Positions 38,836 through 47,349 of a stretch of DNA of 64,000 bases are shown in pieces (position 1 is the first letter of the stretch; every line of letters starts with the position of its first letter). The notes under the pieces are model-generated. The model was not told where the DNA came from and made no database searches. It was given only the letters and a program-made list of their open reading frames with translations. The stretch comes from an uncultured Verrucomicrobiae bacterium (lineage in GTDB: Bacteria > Verrucomicrobiota > Verrucomicrobiia > Chthoniobacterales > JAFAMB01): the NCBI GenBank assembly GCA_963837955.1, contig CAWIPH010000002.1:4224001-4288000 (forward strand), in the 5' to 3' direction. The position numbers and the translations under genes were made by a program.

Positions 38836-40057
38836 GTGTCACCATCTCGCAAGGCGTTGGACGACACACTGAGCTGGCTCTATAGCACCCAGATCCGAGG
38901 GATCAAACTCGGTCTGGAGGGAATCCGAGCTCTAGTTAAAGTTCTCGGAGAACCCCATCAGTCGCTGAGGTTTATTCATGTCGCTGGAACCAACGGAAAG
39001 GGTTCCGTCTGCGCCATGTTGGAGTCAATTTGTCGCAATGCTGGACTGAAAACCGGACTTTTTACTTCACCGCACCTGGTTCGCTATAACGAACGCATTC
39101 AAGTCAACAGGCGCTCTATTCCGGACGAAGAGGCTGTTCGCGGTCTTAACGAAATCCGGACGCTAATCTCAGAGAATGGAATGAACCCGTCGTTTTTTGA
39201 GATTACGACTGCGCTCGCGTTCCTTTACTTCTTCAGATCAAAAGTCGACATCGTAGTGCTGGAAACCGGTTTAGGCGGCCGTCTTGATTCAACCAACATT
39301 GTCACGCCCAACGTTTCTGTCCTGACCGCTATTGATCTCGACCATCAGCAGATTCTGGGAAATTCTGTTGTCGAGATCGCTCGCGAAAAGGCGGGCATCA
39401 TCAAGCAGGGAATTCCGGTCGTTTCGGCACCCCAGACTGCCGAGGTGCGGACCGTCTTCGAAACGATTGCGCAGCAGCGCGGTACCCAAGTTCATTACGC
39501 GGAGTTCCCTTCCCCTCCATTCAATGTCGCCTTACCTGGCTCATACCAACAAGTAAACGCGGCGGTTGCGGTTGAGGCACTCACCAAAGCCGATCTGGCG
39601 ATCTCGCCTCAGGCGGTCAAAACCGGGCTTTCCACTGTCTTCTGGCCCGGACGATTCCATCATGTGGAGCCCAATTTGGTGCTCGATGGTGCGCACAACC
39701 CGGCAGCAAGTTGGCATTTGGTGCAAACATGGAAGGAATGTCACCGCGGGACCTCGCCAACGATAATTTTTGGCGGGATTACTAGATAAAAGCCTCTCCC
39801 AAATGCTCGAGGCCCTATCTCAGATCGCAGCACGCTTTTTCCTGGTACCGGTTCAAAATGATCGATCGGCATCCCCCTACGATCTGAGAACTCCGGATCA
39901 TTTGCCACGAACCGTCTATCCCGACGTCAAAACCGCGATCCAACAAGCAAGAGGGTTGCCGGACCCGATTCTGGTAACGGGCTCACTCTACCTAGTGGGC
40001 GAAGCGCTTGCGTGGATCGATCCTAATTTTGGTACTTTCGAAAAAAGCACGCAATAG
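38836..40057 (+). pseudogene. folC: folylpolyglutamate/dihydrofolate synthase split by a single-base frameshift (possibly a sequencing error)
   Basis: HVAGTNGKGS, ETGLGGRLD, DGAHN in 38836-39789; ILVTGSLYLVGE in 39770-40057; removing one G at 39775-39777 restores IFGGLLDK. Confidence 0.85.
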
Positions 40058-40091
40058 TTGAAAATTAACACGTAATAACAACTAGTTAGCT

Positions 40092-40439
40092 ATGTCCGTC
40101 TCGAGAGCTATACCAATCCTTCGGCCTGAAGATCAACCGTATATAGCACACGCCGGAAATCAGGCCGGCACGGCCTGCACCTTCGAATTTGCCTCGCCAG
40201 CGCGCGCCAAGTGCATCCCATACGCGTACCTTCAATGTATCGACACTTACGGAGAGAGATTAATCACCCTTCGATACGCATTTGCCGACGTAGAATTGAC
40301 GCTCGGCCGTGAATTTTTAGCGCGACGACAATTCATTGAAGAATTTGCCAATTTTCGCGTGGCGCTCGTACGCGAGGGACGACAAATCGCCATCCGCATT
40401 TCGATGGAGGCGTCATCCGAAAAACCGGAGCTTTTCTAG
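40092..40439 (+). CDS. hypothetical protein (first gene of the cassette)
   Basis: 115 aa ORF after an AT-rich spacer; IPYAYL...LRYAFADVEL...FANFRVALVRE. Confidence 0.65.
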   Translation: MSVSRAIPILRPEDQPYIAHAGNQAGTACTFEFASPARAKCIPYAYLQCIDTYGERLITLRYAFADVELTLGREFLARRQFIEEFANFRVALVREGRQIAIRISMEASSEKPELF

Positions 40440-40465
40440 TAGGCGCGCCCTCGATTACGCAGAGC

Positions 40466-41017
40466 TCACGTCGTCGCCTCGCCGCGAACCGGATAGAGTT
40501 CTGTACCCCAACGGTTCATGAGAGCATTGTTGACCGCCCAACGCACGATCGGATGTCGGACGGCACCAAAGAATTGCCGCCAGGGCGAATACTCTTCGAT
40601 GCCAGAACTGAGGTGTTCCGCGTTTAATTGGATTCGCGCCAAAAGCGTGTCTGCGCGCAACTCAACTCCCTCGGCGACCGCATGAAACGATTCGCTGGTC
40701 GATTCGGCCACCAGCAAGCAATAGCAAATCAACTTCCCGATCGTCAAAGCGCTTGCGCAGCCGGGTTCAGCCAGCCGCTTCTGATCGAGAACCTGGGAAA
40801 AATTTTCGGGCGTAATCTCTCTGCAATTCCACTTGTCGCAGGTGTCCATTCTGGCCACGGGGAAGCGGGCGTGGTCAATCAACTCAAACAACTCCCAACG
40901 AATCTCAGGGTAAGGCGGTTCGGCAAAATTATACGGATAATTGAGTCGTAGCTCTCGCAGCGCAAGTATCTCGTCGGCGCTTAGCGCTCTCTTTGCGGTC
41001 TCCGACGAGTGCTGCAT
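40466..41017 (-). CDS. hypothetical protein, paralogue A
   Basis: SD AAGGGAG; shares ITPENF, YCL, AVRHPIVRWAVNNALMNRWG with 41893-42330. Confidence 0.75.
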   Translation of the reverse strand: MQHSSETAKRALSADEILALRELRLNYPYNFAEPPYPEIRWELFELIDHARFPVARMDTCDKWNCREITPENFSQVLDQKRLAEPGCASALTIGKLICYCLLVAESTSESFHAVAEGVELRADTLLARIQLNAEHLSSGIEEYSPWRQFFGAVRHPIVRWAVNNALMNRWGTELYPVRGEATT

Positions 41018-41088
41018 TTTCTCCCTTTTGAGCGCCTCTCAGCAACAGCCAGGCTCACTGCGAGAATCAGTGCGCGAGCTTGTCAAGC

Positions 41089-41823
41089 CTACTTAGCCAG
41101 AGCTGCGCCGTTGCTCCGGCCCCGTTTCTTTTTCTCTTTAATCTCAAAGGCAAGCGAAAGTACCCTTCGGTACTTGGCTTGCCCGACAGCAACCAAACGA
41201 ATCCCGAGGTCGGTCTTTTCGTTGATTTCATGTAAAGCTCGATCAATGGCGCGTTGTTTGAGATTAGGCCAATGGACTAAACACTTCTCGCTGACGATGT
41301 TGCCCTGGGCATCAAGAACCTCGTCAACTCCTAGGACCTTGCGAATTTTTGGGATGGAAATTCGCTTTAGTCCCACGTTGCGCCATTTCCATGCCCATTC
41401 GTAAAGACGAATCGAGTACTGACTTGCCAGCTTCACCGATGAGCGCTCTGCATCCTCCTTCTGGTGGTCTTTCAGGCGCTCAAAATGCCGATGCAGGCCG
41501 GGGTCGATATGCAAAATCATCTTTTTTTCGATCATTGTAATAGCGCTTAGCCATCGCGCATACAGCACCGAGTTCTGCTTGTCTCCATTATGGAGAACCA
41601 GTCGATGATAAGTAAGCAGCTTCAGTGCTGCAGATTGGAGGTCGAAATCATCAAATTCGAACGCGGTGACTCCCGGCTTCAACCGATCAACGATCGACAT
41701 CACGATGCTGCGTTCGTTCTTTGTCAGCTTATAATACGCCTCAATTAGGTCGTCACCGAAACCGAGCTGATCATCACGATCCGGTAGTGGTAACGTTCCG
41801 AAAACTTTGTTGTACTTACGCAC
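41089..41823 (-). CDS. Rep_3/RepB-type replication initiator protein
   Basis: DDLIEAYYKLTKNERSIV, SQYSIRLYEW, ISIPKIRKVLGV, NLKQRAIDRALHEINEKTDL; GTG start at 41823 inferred. Confidence 0.82.
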   Translation of the reverse strand: MRKYNKVFGTLPLPDRDDQLGFGDDLIEAYYKLTKNERSIVMSIVDRLKPGVTAFEFDDFDLQSAALKLLTYHRLVLHNGDKQNSVLYARWLSAITMIEKKMILHIDPGLHRHFERLKDHQKEDAERSSVKLASQYSIRLYEWAWKWRNVGLKRISIPKIRKVLGVDEVLDAQGNIVSEKCLVHWPNLKQRAIDRALHEINEKTDLGIRLVAVGQAKYRRVLSLAFEIKEKKKRGRSNGAALAK

Positions 41824-41892
41824 TTTACTTTCTCTGGGGTAGGGTGTTACAAGATCTTTTAACCAAATTGGTCGATAAGAGAAGCAATAAAA

Positions 41893-42330
41893 ATGGCTGC
41901 CACAAAGGAATCTCGCCAAATCTTAGCTGAAACTCAAAAATGGTCGTTCTCGACCAATGGGCAACCTCTTAGTTTGGACGATTTTCTGGAAAATTACAGA
42001 AAACAAGGAGTGTTTTATGAAGGGAAGGAGCAGTGGCTCAAGGGCGTGACCAAGGTCACCTGGGAGAACTTCTTTTTGGTTTGTACGGAAGAATTGGATG
42101 ACATTTCTCAGCGGGCAGCAAAAATGCTGGTTTCATATTGCTTGGAGATTGTGGAAGACGTGGTCTCGCGGATGCGCGGACCGGTAGATTCGACCCGGAT
42201 ATCAGAAGCGATGAAGCGGGAATTTGCAGAACAGTACGAGAACCCGATTTATCATTTCCAATGGGCGATGCGTCACGATGCCGTTCGAGAAGCCGTGACC
42301 AACGCGGTCCTAAACCGCTGGGGCAAGTAA
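41893..42330 (+). CDS. hypothetical protein, paralogue B
   Basis: VTWENF, YCL, AMRHDAVREAVTNAVLNRWG. Confidence 0.75.
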   Translation: MAATKESRQILAETQKWSFSTNGQPLSLDDFLENYRKQGVFYEGKEQWLKGVTKVTWENFFLVCTEELDDISQRAAKMLVSYCLEIVEDVVSRMRGPVDSTRISEAMKREFAEQYENPIYHFQWAMRHDAVREAVTNAVLNRWGK

Positions 42331-42379
42331 CGGCGACACCAGTTGACAGCAATAAATCGTCCTCGTTCGCGAAAGACCT

Positions 42380-42620
42380 AAGGGGTTCGTCGCCATCACC
42401 CATGGTGGTGGGCGAAGGCCTGGTCGGGTCAACATCAGTCCCCTTCCGAGGCGCCAGAGGCGACCTTTGTCTCCGGCACGCAGTGACACAGTTGGCCGCG
42501 ACGTAGGCTTCCGCCTTCGCCAGGCCTAAGCCAAGTGTGCCTAGTACGGTTTTAGCCTACCTATCTCGGGTTTGCATTCGCACGCCCCCAGATAATCGGG
42601 CTACGCCCCCCCGCCGGCTC
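42380..42620 (+). ncRNA. candidate structured RNA or ssDNA element
   Basis: Hairpin 42386-42416 and long nested stem 42416-42510 with many G-U pairs on the + strand; family unidentified. Confidence 0.3.
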
Positions 42621-42687
42621 ATTTTTTCAACTGATAGAAACATAATTCTTACTTGTTATTATATGTAGATCCCGCTAACTTTTGTTT

Positions 42688-44547
42688 ATGTGGGAAGGCG
42701 TGGAAACTGTTAGCAGTCGGTTCGAGTATTCTGAACCCACTAAGAGCAGAGAATTTACCGATCCGCTTTCTTTCCGCCAGTCCGACGGAAACATATTGCG
42801 ACTCCCCAATTACTCGCCCGGCGCCCCGTTTGTCCAGATCGCTGAGCAGTCAGGCTTTCGCATTCGCGTCAAACCCCTGTTTCCCCGGGTCCAAGAAGGG
42901 GGCGCAGAAGCGCTTCCGACTCCCCGTTTCCTTGTGCAGGTCAGCTCCGGCGGCACTCCCTGTTATGTGCGTCGCTATGTTTCGAGCGAAGTTTCTCTCT
43001 TCGAGGCCGTTGTTAGAGCGCGACGGTGGATTCACGCGGAACGCCAGAGAGAGCGGTTTGACTTCGCGCTGTCACCCCTCGTCTTGTTGTTGGCTGGACT
43101 CTTATTGCTTACTAGCTGGTTTCTTTACCCGATTCTTGATTGGGTCAGCCTCCTGCCGATCTTCGTCAGCCTGCCGTCTGCTTTTTATTTCGCTCCTGGA
43201 GGTCGTCGAACCCACATCTCAGCGTCGTTAGCCGGCTTTCATTGGGACCGAAACGATTTCTGTCGTGGTTGGCTCATCACCGGCGACACGGGCGCTGGAA
43301 AAACTTTTGCGATCAATGCCTTGCTCCACAGCGTTTTCCGGAATGAGTCGGACTGGGGAGGTCTCTGCTGCGATGAAAAAGGGATTTACCACGAAACGTT
43401 GGTGAGAATGGCCAAGCGTTACGGACGCGAACAGGATTTGTTGCTCCTGCAAACAAAGCCGGATCATGCGCCCCAAGACTGGGCTCCGCCTACACGATTC
43501 AATCTTCTTTCCGACGAAACGATTCCTTGGTCAACCTATGCGACTGTGATTGTTGATACCGCCTCATCTCTAGCTTCGGGAACCGAAGATAAGGGTTTCT
43601 TCAAAACGCAGGCGCACGCAAATATCGGACGAGGAATACAGTTTTTTCGGTTGCTGGGATTGGTACCGACCATGCATCACCTTCTCGAAATGCTCCAGTA
43701 TCAACCGGTCCTCAGGGCAATGTTACAGGAACTGGAACCCCTAAAAAACGAAGGCAATCCGGACGCCCGCGAATGTTATGACCATTTCTTGAACGGGTTT
43801 TTACGCCAACCCGCGGAACAGCTCGGTGGAGTCATCTCGACGATCTACAATTATCTCAATTACTTCACCAATCCTGATATCAGCGAAGTGTTCGGGGCTG
43901 AGGAGAATAGCTTTGATTTTGCCGCTCTGGATGAAGGCGCCATCATCTGCATCTCGTTACCGCAAAAATACCAAACGGAACGTCGATATATCACCACGAT
44001 TCTTAAACTGCTCTTTTATACTCACGCTCTGCGCCGTTTCGATCCAAGGCCGCCTGGAAGCCGAACACTGAATGACGATAACCTGCTGATATGTTGGCAG
44101 GACGAAGCCCAACGATTTATCACTGAATCGGACGGGAATGTTGACGTCATCCGGCAAGCTCGAACAACGACGGTTCTCGCCGCCCAATCCAAACTCTCTT
44201 TCTTACCGACGCTTGGTTCTAAAGAAAAAGCAGAAGTCACCATTCTTAACCTGCGTAACCGCATTATCTTCAAGGCAGCCGACCGGGCGTGCGCCGAGAG
44301 CTCGGCCGACTTCATCGGAAAACGTATGATCTGGAAGCGGTCCTACACCAGAGGGCGTGGAAATTACAGTACTACCCGTACACGAGAAGAAGAGTATCGG
44401 ATTAAACCCTTCGAATTGATGTCACTTCCCAAATTTACGGCAATCATCAAACATTGCGAAAAGGGGTATCGTCGAAAGCGGATTCATCCAGTCGACGCAG
44501 ACGGAAAAACGCCTGCCTGGTACCCATTCTGGCGTCGTTGGCTCTAG
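42688..44547 (+). CDS. type IV coupling protein-like ATPase (VirD4/TraD/TraG)
   Basis: Hydrophobic TM region, Walker A GDTGAGKT, DEKG, RFNLL, Walker B WQDEAQRF, AAQS, ESSADFIGK. Confidence 0.85.
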   Translation: MWEGVETVSSRFEYSEPTKSREFTDPLSFRQSDGNILRLPNYSPGAPFVQIAEQSGFRIRVKPLFPRVQEGGAEALPTPRFLVQVSSGGTPCYVRRYVSSEVSLFEAVVRARRWIHAERQRERFDFALSPLVLLLAGLLLLTSWFLYPILDWVSLLPIFVSLPSAFYFAPGGRRTHISASLAGFHWDRNDFCRGWLITGDTGAGKTFAINALLHSVFRNESDWGGLCCDEKGIYHETLVRMAKRYGREQDLLLLQTKPDHAPQDWAPPTRFNLLSDETIPWSTYATVIVDTASSLASGTEDKGFFKTQAHANIGRGIQFFRLLGLVPTMHHLLEMLQYQPVLRAMLQELEPLKNEGNPDARECYDHFLNGFLRQPAEQLGGVISTIYNYLNYFTNPDISEVFGAEENSFDFAALDEGAIICISLPQKYQTERRYITTILKLLFYTHALRRFDPRPPGSRTLNDDNLLICWQDEAQRFITESDGNVDVIRQARTTTVLAAQSKLSFLPTLGSKEKAEVTILNLRNRIIFKAADRACAESSADFIGKRMIWKRSYTRGRGNYSTTRTREEEYRIKPFELMSLPKFTAIIKHCEKGYRRKRIHPVDADGKTPAWYPFWRRWL

Positions 44548-44661
44548 CACAGGCCAGCTACAGGTTGTTCGCAAATGAATGAGAGAGAGAGATCATGGCT
44601 GGCCAATCTCCGTTAGAAACAGATGAGCCGAAGTCGTTAACTTCGACTTCTTAATCCACGC

Positions 44662-45228
44662 TCACTTGGAGCTTGGAAGCGGTGACGTGGCTGCTCGCTT
44701 CTTGCTCGCATCCTGGAGAAGCTCGTCTACTCGGGAAATCGCTCCGCTGTGCGGAAATCTGGCTTTGAACTGTTCCAGCATCGTGATGGCACGATCTGGC
44801 TGGTTCAACGACTGCAAATACAACGCCGCAAGATTGAACAAACTGTTTTCGTGTTCGGGATTCTCGCGTTGCGCAACCTCGTACTCCGCGGCTGCCGCTT
44901 CCGGCTGATTGTCGAAACGGAGCGCGCTGCCAAGATCGGACCGGACGTCGGCGTTGTCTGCGCCAAGGCTTATCGCTTTCCGATACTGTTCGGTTGCTTT
45001 CGTCCAGTTATGGTGGTCGAAATACCAGTTTGCCAGCGTCAGCGCTCCTTCGCGCGGTGCAACCCTTGACACATCCGGAAGAACGTCATTTTCCGTTTGC
45101 CGGGAGACGGCCGAGCCTCTGGGTAAGTGGGCCAGGATTGCCCAGGCCAATATTGCTCCTACAATGAAGGCAATTGCTCCGAAGAGAACGATCCTTAGCG
45201 GCTTAGACTTGTTATCTTTCAGCTTCAC
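44662..45228 (-). CDS. membrane-anchored TPR protein
   Basis: N-terminal TM helix; LANWYFD, DVRSDLG, SLFNLA; GTG start inferred. Confidence 0.75.
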   Translation of the reverse strand: MKLKDNKSKPLRIVLFGAIAFIVGAILAWAILAHLPRGSAVSRQTENDVLPDVSRVAPREGALTLANWYFDHHNWTKATEQYRKAISLGADNADVRSDLGSALRFDNQPEAAAAEYEVAQRENPEHENSLFNLAALYLQSLNQPDRAITMLEQFKARFPHSGAISRVDELLQDASKKRAATSPLPSSK

Positions 45229-45278
45229 GGCAGAGCAGACATTGGATCGCCGAACGATCCAATTTGCAACTTCCAGGG

Positions 45279-46190
45279 TCAGGAGAAGAACAGCTCTCCC
45301 TGCCTGCGCGTTGCCTTTGCCGCTTCCTCCTGAATTTCGTTCAGCAGCGACTTGAATTCGCACTTCTCAAGTCCTCTCAGATACTCCTCATAGATCGGGT
45401 GAATCCTGAGATCCGCAATTGGCACCGGCAAAGGATGGTCAAGATCAAGCTTGACCATCTCGCGATTCTGCAAAATTTGAGTCCGGCCTTTTTCCAGTCG
45501 CACCCGTAACTTGTCGTTTGTTACGTCCTTTAGATTGGTCAGCATATTTTCAACTGTACCAAATTGTTGAATAAGGCTCGACGCTGTCTTTAATCCGATG
45601 CCATCGATACCCGGAATGTTGTCGACTGAGTCTCCGGTCAGAGCAAGTACTTCACCGATACCGGCTGGTGGTACCCCCCATTTTTCCGTAACTTCTCGAA
45701 CGCCGAGAAGTGCGTACGAGTCTTTCGGCTGTTTCAGATCCGCCTTGTTGGTTGAGTAAACTTTGACCTTGCCGCTGACCAGTTGGAAGAGATCTTTATC
45801 GTTGGTCGCCAGAACCGTGTCGTGCTGATCCCCCGCCGCCAGGACGTAACATCCCATCAGATCGTCTGCTTCCGTATTGGGCAGAGCGATTGATGTGAAG
45901 CCCATGGGTCGCACAAACTCCCGGATGAAATCCAGCTGCGGAATCATCTTGTCCGGCATCGCTTCACGCTGCTGCTTGTACGCGGGTTGCAACTCAACTC
46001 TCTTTTCCGGCATTCCTTCGTCCCAAAAAATCGCGGCTCGATCCGGCCGCAGATCTTTGACCATTTTCCGGACTGTTTTCACGAATCCGTAGATCGCATT
46101 CGTCGGTTCACCCCGAGAGTTGTTCAAGGTCTGGATCGCATGAAACGAGCGATAGACATAGTAGTGTCCGTCGATTAGCAAAAGGGTCAC
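45279..46190 (-). CDS. stand-alone 5'-3' exonuclease/flap endonuclease (PolI N-terminal-like)
   Basis: LLIDGH, YKQQR, EADD, DKDLFQL, GDSVDNIPGIDGIG. Confidence 0.92.
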   Translation of the reverse strand: MTLLLIDGHYYVYRSFHAIQTLNNSRGEPTNAIYGFVKTVRKMVKDLRPDRAAIFWDEGMPEKRVELQPAYKQQREAMPDKMIPQLDFIREFVRPMGFTSIALPNTEADDLMGCYVLAAGDQHDTVLATNDKDLFQLVSGKVKVYSTNKADLKQPKDSYALLGVREVTEKWGVPPAGIGEVLALTGDSVDNIPGIDGIGLKTASSLIQQFGTVENMLTNLKDVTNDKLRVRLEKGRTQILQNREMVKLDLDHPLPVPIADLRIHPIYEEYLRGLEKCEFKSLLNEIQEEAAKATRRQGELFFS

Positions 46191-46347
46191 ACCACTTCTT
46201 TAGACCAAAACCTTCGACTTCGCAGAGCGAAATTTTCGCGCTCTGGGAGCTGGCCCGAGAAGTATAAACAGCGCGCTGAAGGCCCGGCTCATCGATTTTG
46301 ATCAAGCGAAGTCCAACAGCCCTGTTAACTGACGCCTTCGGCGCAGG

Positions 46348-47349
46348 TCAGACCAGCTTCAAATTCGGATCCGCGTCTTCAACCCAAGCAGTGAATGATC
46401 GGGATCGAAAGCGTTCCCCGGCTACAAAGGCGATCATCGCGGCATTGTCGGTTGTTAATGCCGGAGCAGCCAAACGTAGATTAATCCCACCGGCTGTCGC
46501 CGCCCGCTCCATCTCCTGACGAAGCCGCATGTTACAGCTCACGCCGCCGCTGACCGTCACGGTATGGGCAGCAACGGACTTGGCTGCTGCCATCGTTTTC
46601 CGGACGAGTACTTGGACAACCGCCTCCTGAAACGAAGCGCACAAATCGGCCTGATAATCGCCGGATAGCTGGGGTAACAAATAACGGACCGCCGTTTTTA
46701 GGCCGCTGAAGCTAAAGTTGAAGTCGCCGCTTCCTAGCATGCTCCGCGGAAGATCAAAGCGAGCAGGGTCGCCGGCTTCAGCGCACCGTTCGACGCTTGG
46801 GCCACCCGGATAGGGCAAACCCAATAACTTGGCCACTTTATCAAAGGCCTCGCCCGCGGCGTCGTCGAGCGTTGACCCCAATATTCTATATTGCCCGACC
46901 GCCTCCATGGTAACGAGTTGAGTGTGCCCGCCGCTGACGATCAATCCAACGGATGGCTGTGGCCCGCGTGGATCGTTGAAAAAGGGTGAAAGCAGGTGAG
47001 CCTCGAGGTGATTGATTCCAATGAATGGTTTCCGCAATCCGATCGCAACCCCCTTTGCCGCCGAATAACCAACCAGCAGAGAAGTCAGTAACCCCGGCCC
47101 ACGAGTGGCTGCAACACAATCCACGTCTGCTGGTCGAACTTGGGCTTCGTCGAAAGCGAACTCGAGCAGCTGCGGCAGTTTGACGAGGTGATTACGCGAC
47201 GCGACTTCCGGGACTACTCCGCCATAGCGCTGGTGGATCGCACTTTGGCTCGCTACCTGTGAAACCAGGAGTTGATCGGGACCCCGCAGCAGCGCTACCG
47301 CCGTTTCATCGCATGAGGTTTCGATCGCCAGGACGAGCGGGCCACGCAC
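46348..47349 (-). CDS. tsaD: tRNA t6A37 threonylcarbamoyltransferase
   Basis: IETSCDET, GGVVPEVASR, HLEAH, SGGHT, DNAAMI. Confidence 0.95.
   Translation of the reverse strand: MRGPLVLAIETSCDETAVALLRGPDQLLVSQVASQSAIHQRYGGVVPEVASRNHLVKLPQLLEFAFDEAQVRPADVDCVAATRGPGLLTSLLVGYSAAKGVAIGLRKPFIGINHLEAHLLSPFFNDPRGPQPSVGLIVSGGHTQLVTMEAVGQYRILGSTLDDAAGEAFDKVAKLLGLPYPGGPSVERCAEAGDPARFDLPRSMLGSGDFNFSFSGLKTAVRYLLPQLSGDYQADLCASFQEAVVQVLVRKTMAAAKSVAAHTVTVSGGVSCNMRLRQEMERAATAGGINLRLAAPALTTDNAAMIAFVAGERFRSRSFTAWVEDADPNLKLV

Larger units (their letters stand above)
40092..44547. mobile_element. plasmid/ICE-derived cassette (Rep_3 initiator plus coupling protein); boundaries approximate
   Basis: Rep_3-like and VirD4/TraD-like genes among hypotheticals, between housekeeping genes; no integrase or att repeats seen. 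Confidence 0.55.

Noticed and set aside
41824..41892. Iterons upstream of rep
   Set aside because: Only short palindromes (AAGATCTT, ACCAAATTGGT); no ~20 bp direct repeats
42430..42500. Cobalamin riboswitch-like words (CAACTGT, TCACTG, GGAAGG) on the minus strand
   Set aside because: The B12-box and 5' core are absent, and no gene lies downstream on that strand
42580..42625. tmRNA/tRNA-like ends (GGGGGCG on minus; CCCGCCGGCTC on plus)
   Set aside because: No T-loop TTCGA, no proper acceptor stem with CCA and no tag reading frame
44581..44592. (GA)6 microsatellite as a phase-variation site
   Set aside because: Short and intergenic between convergent genes, with no obvious target
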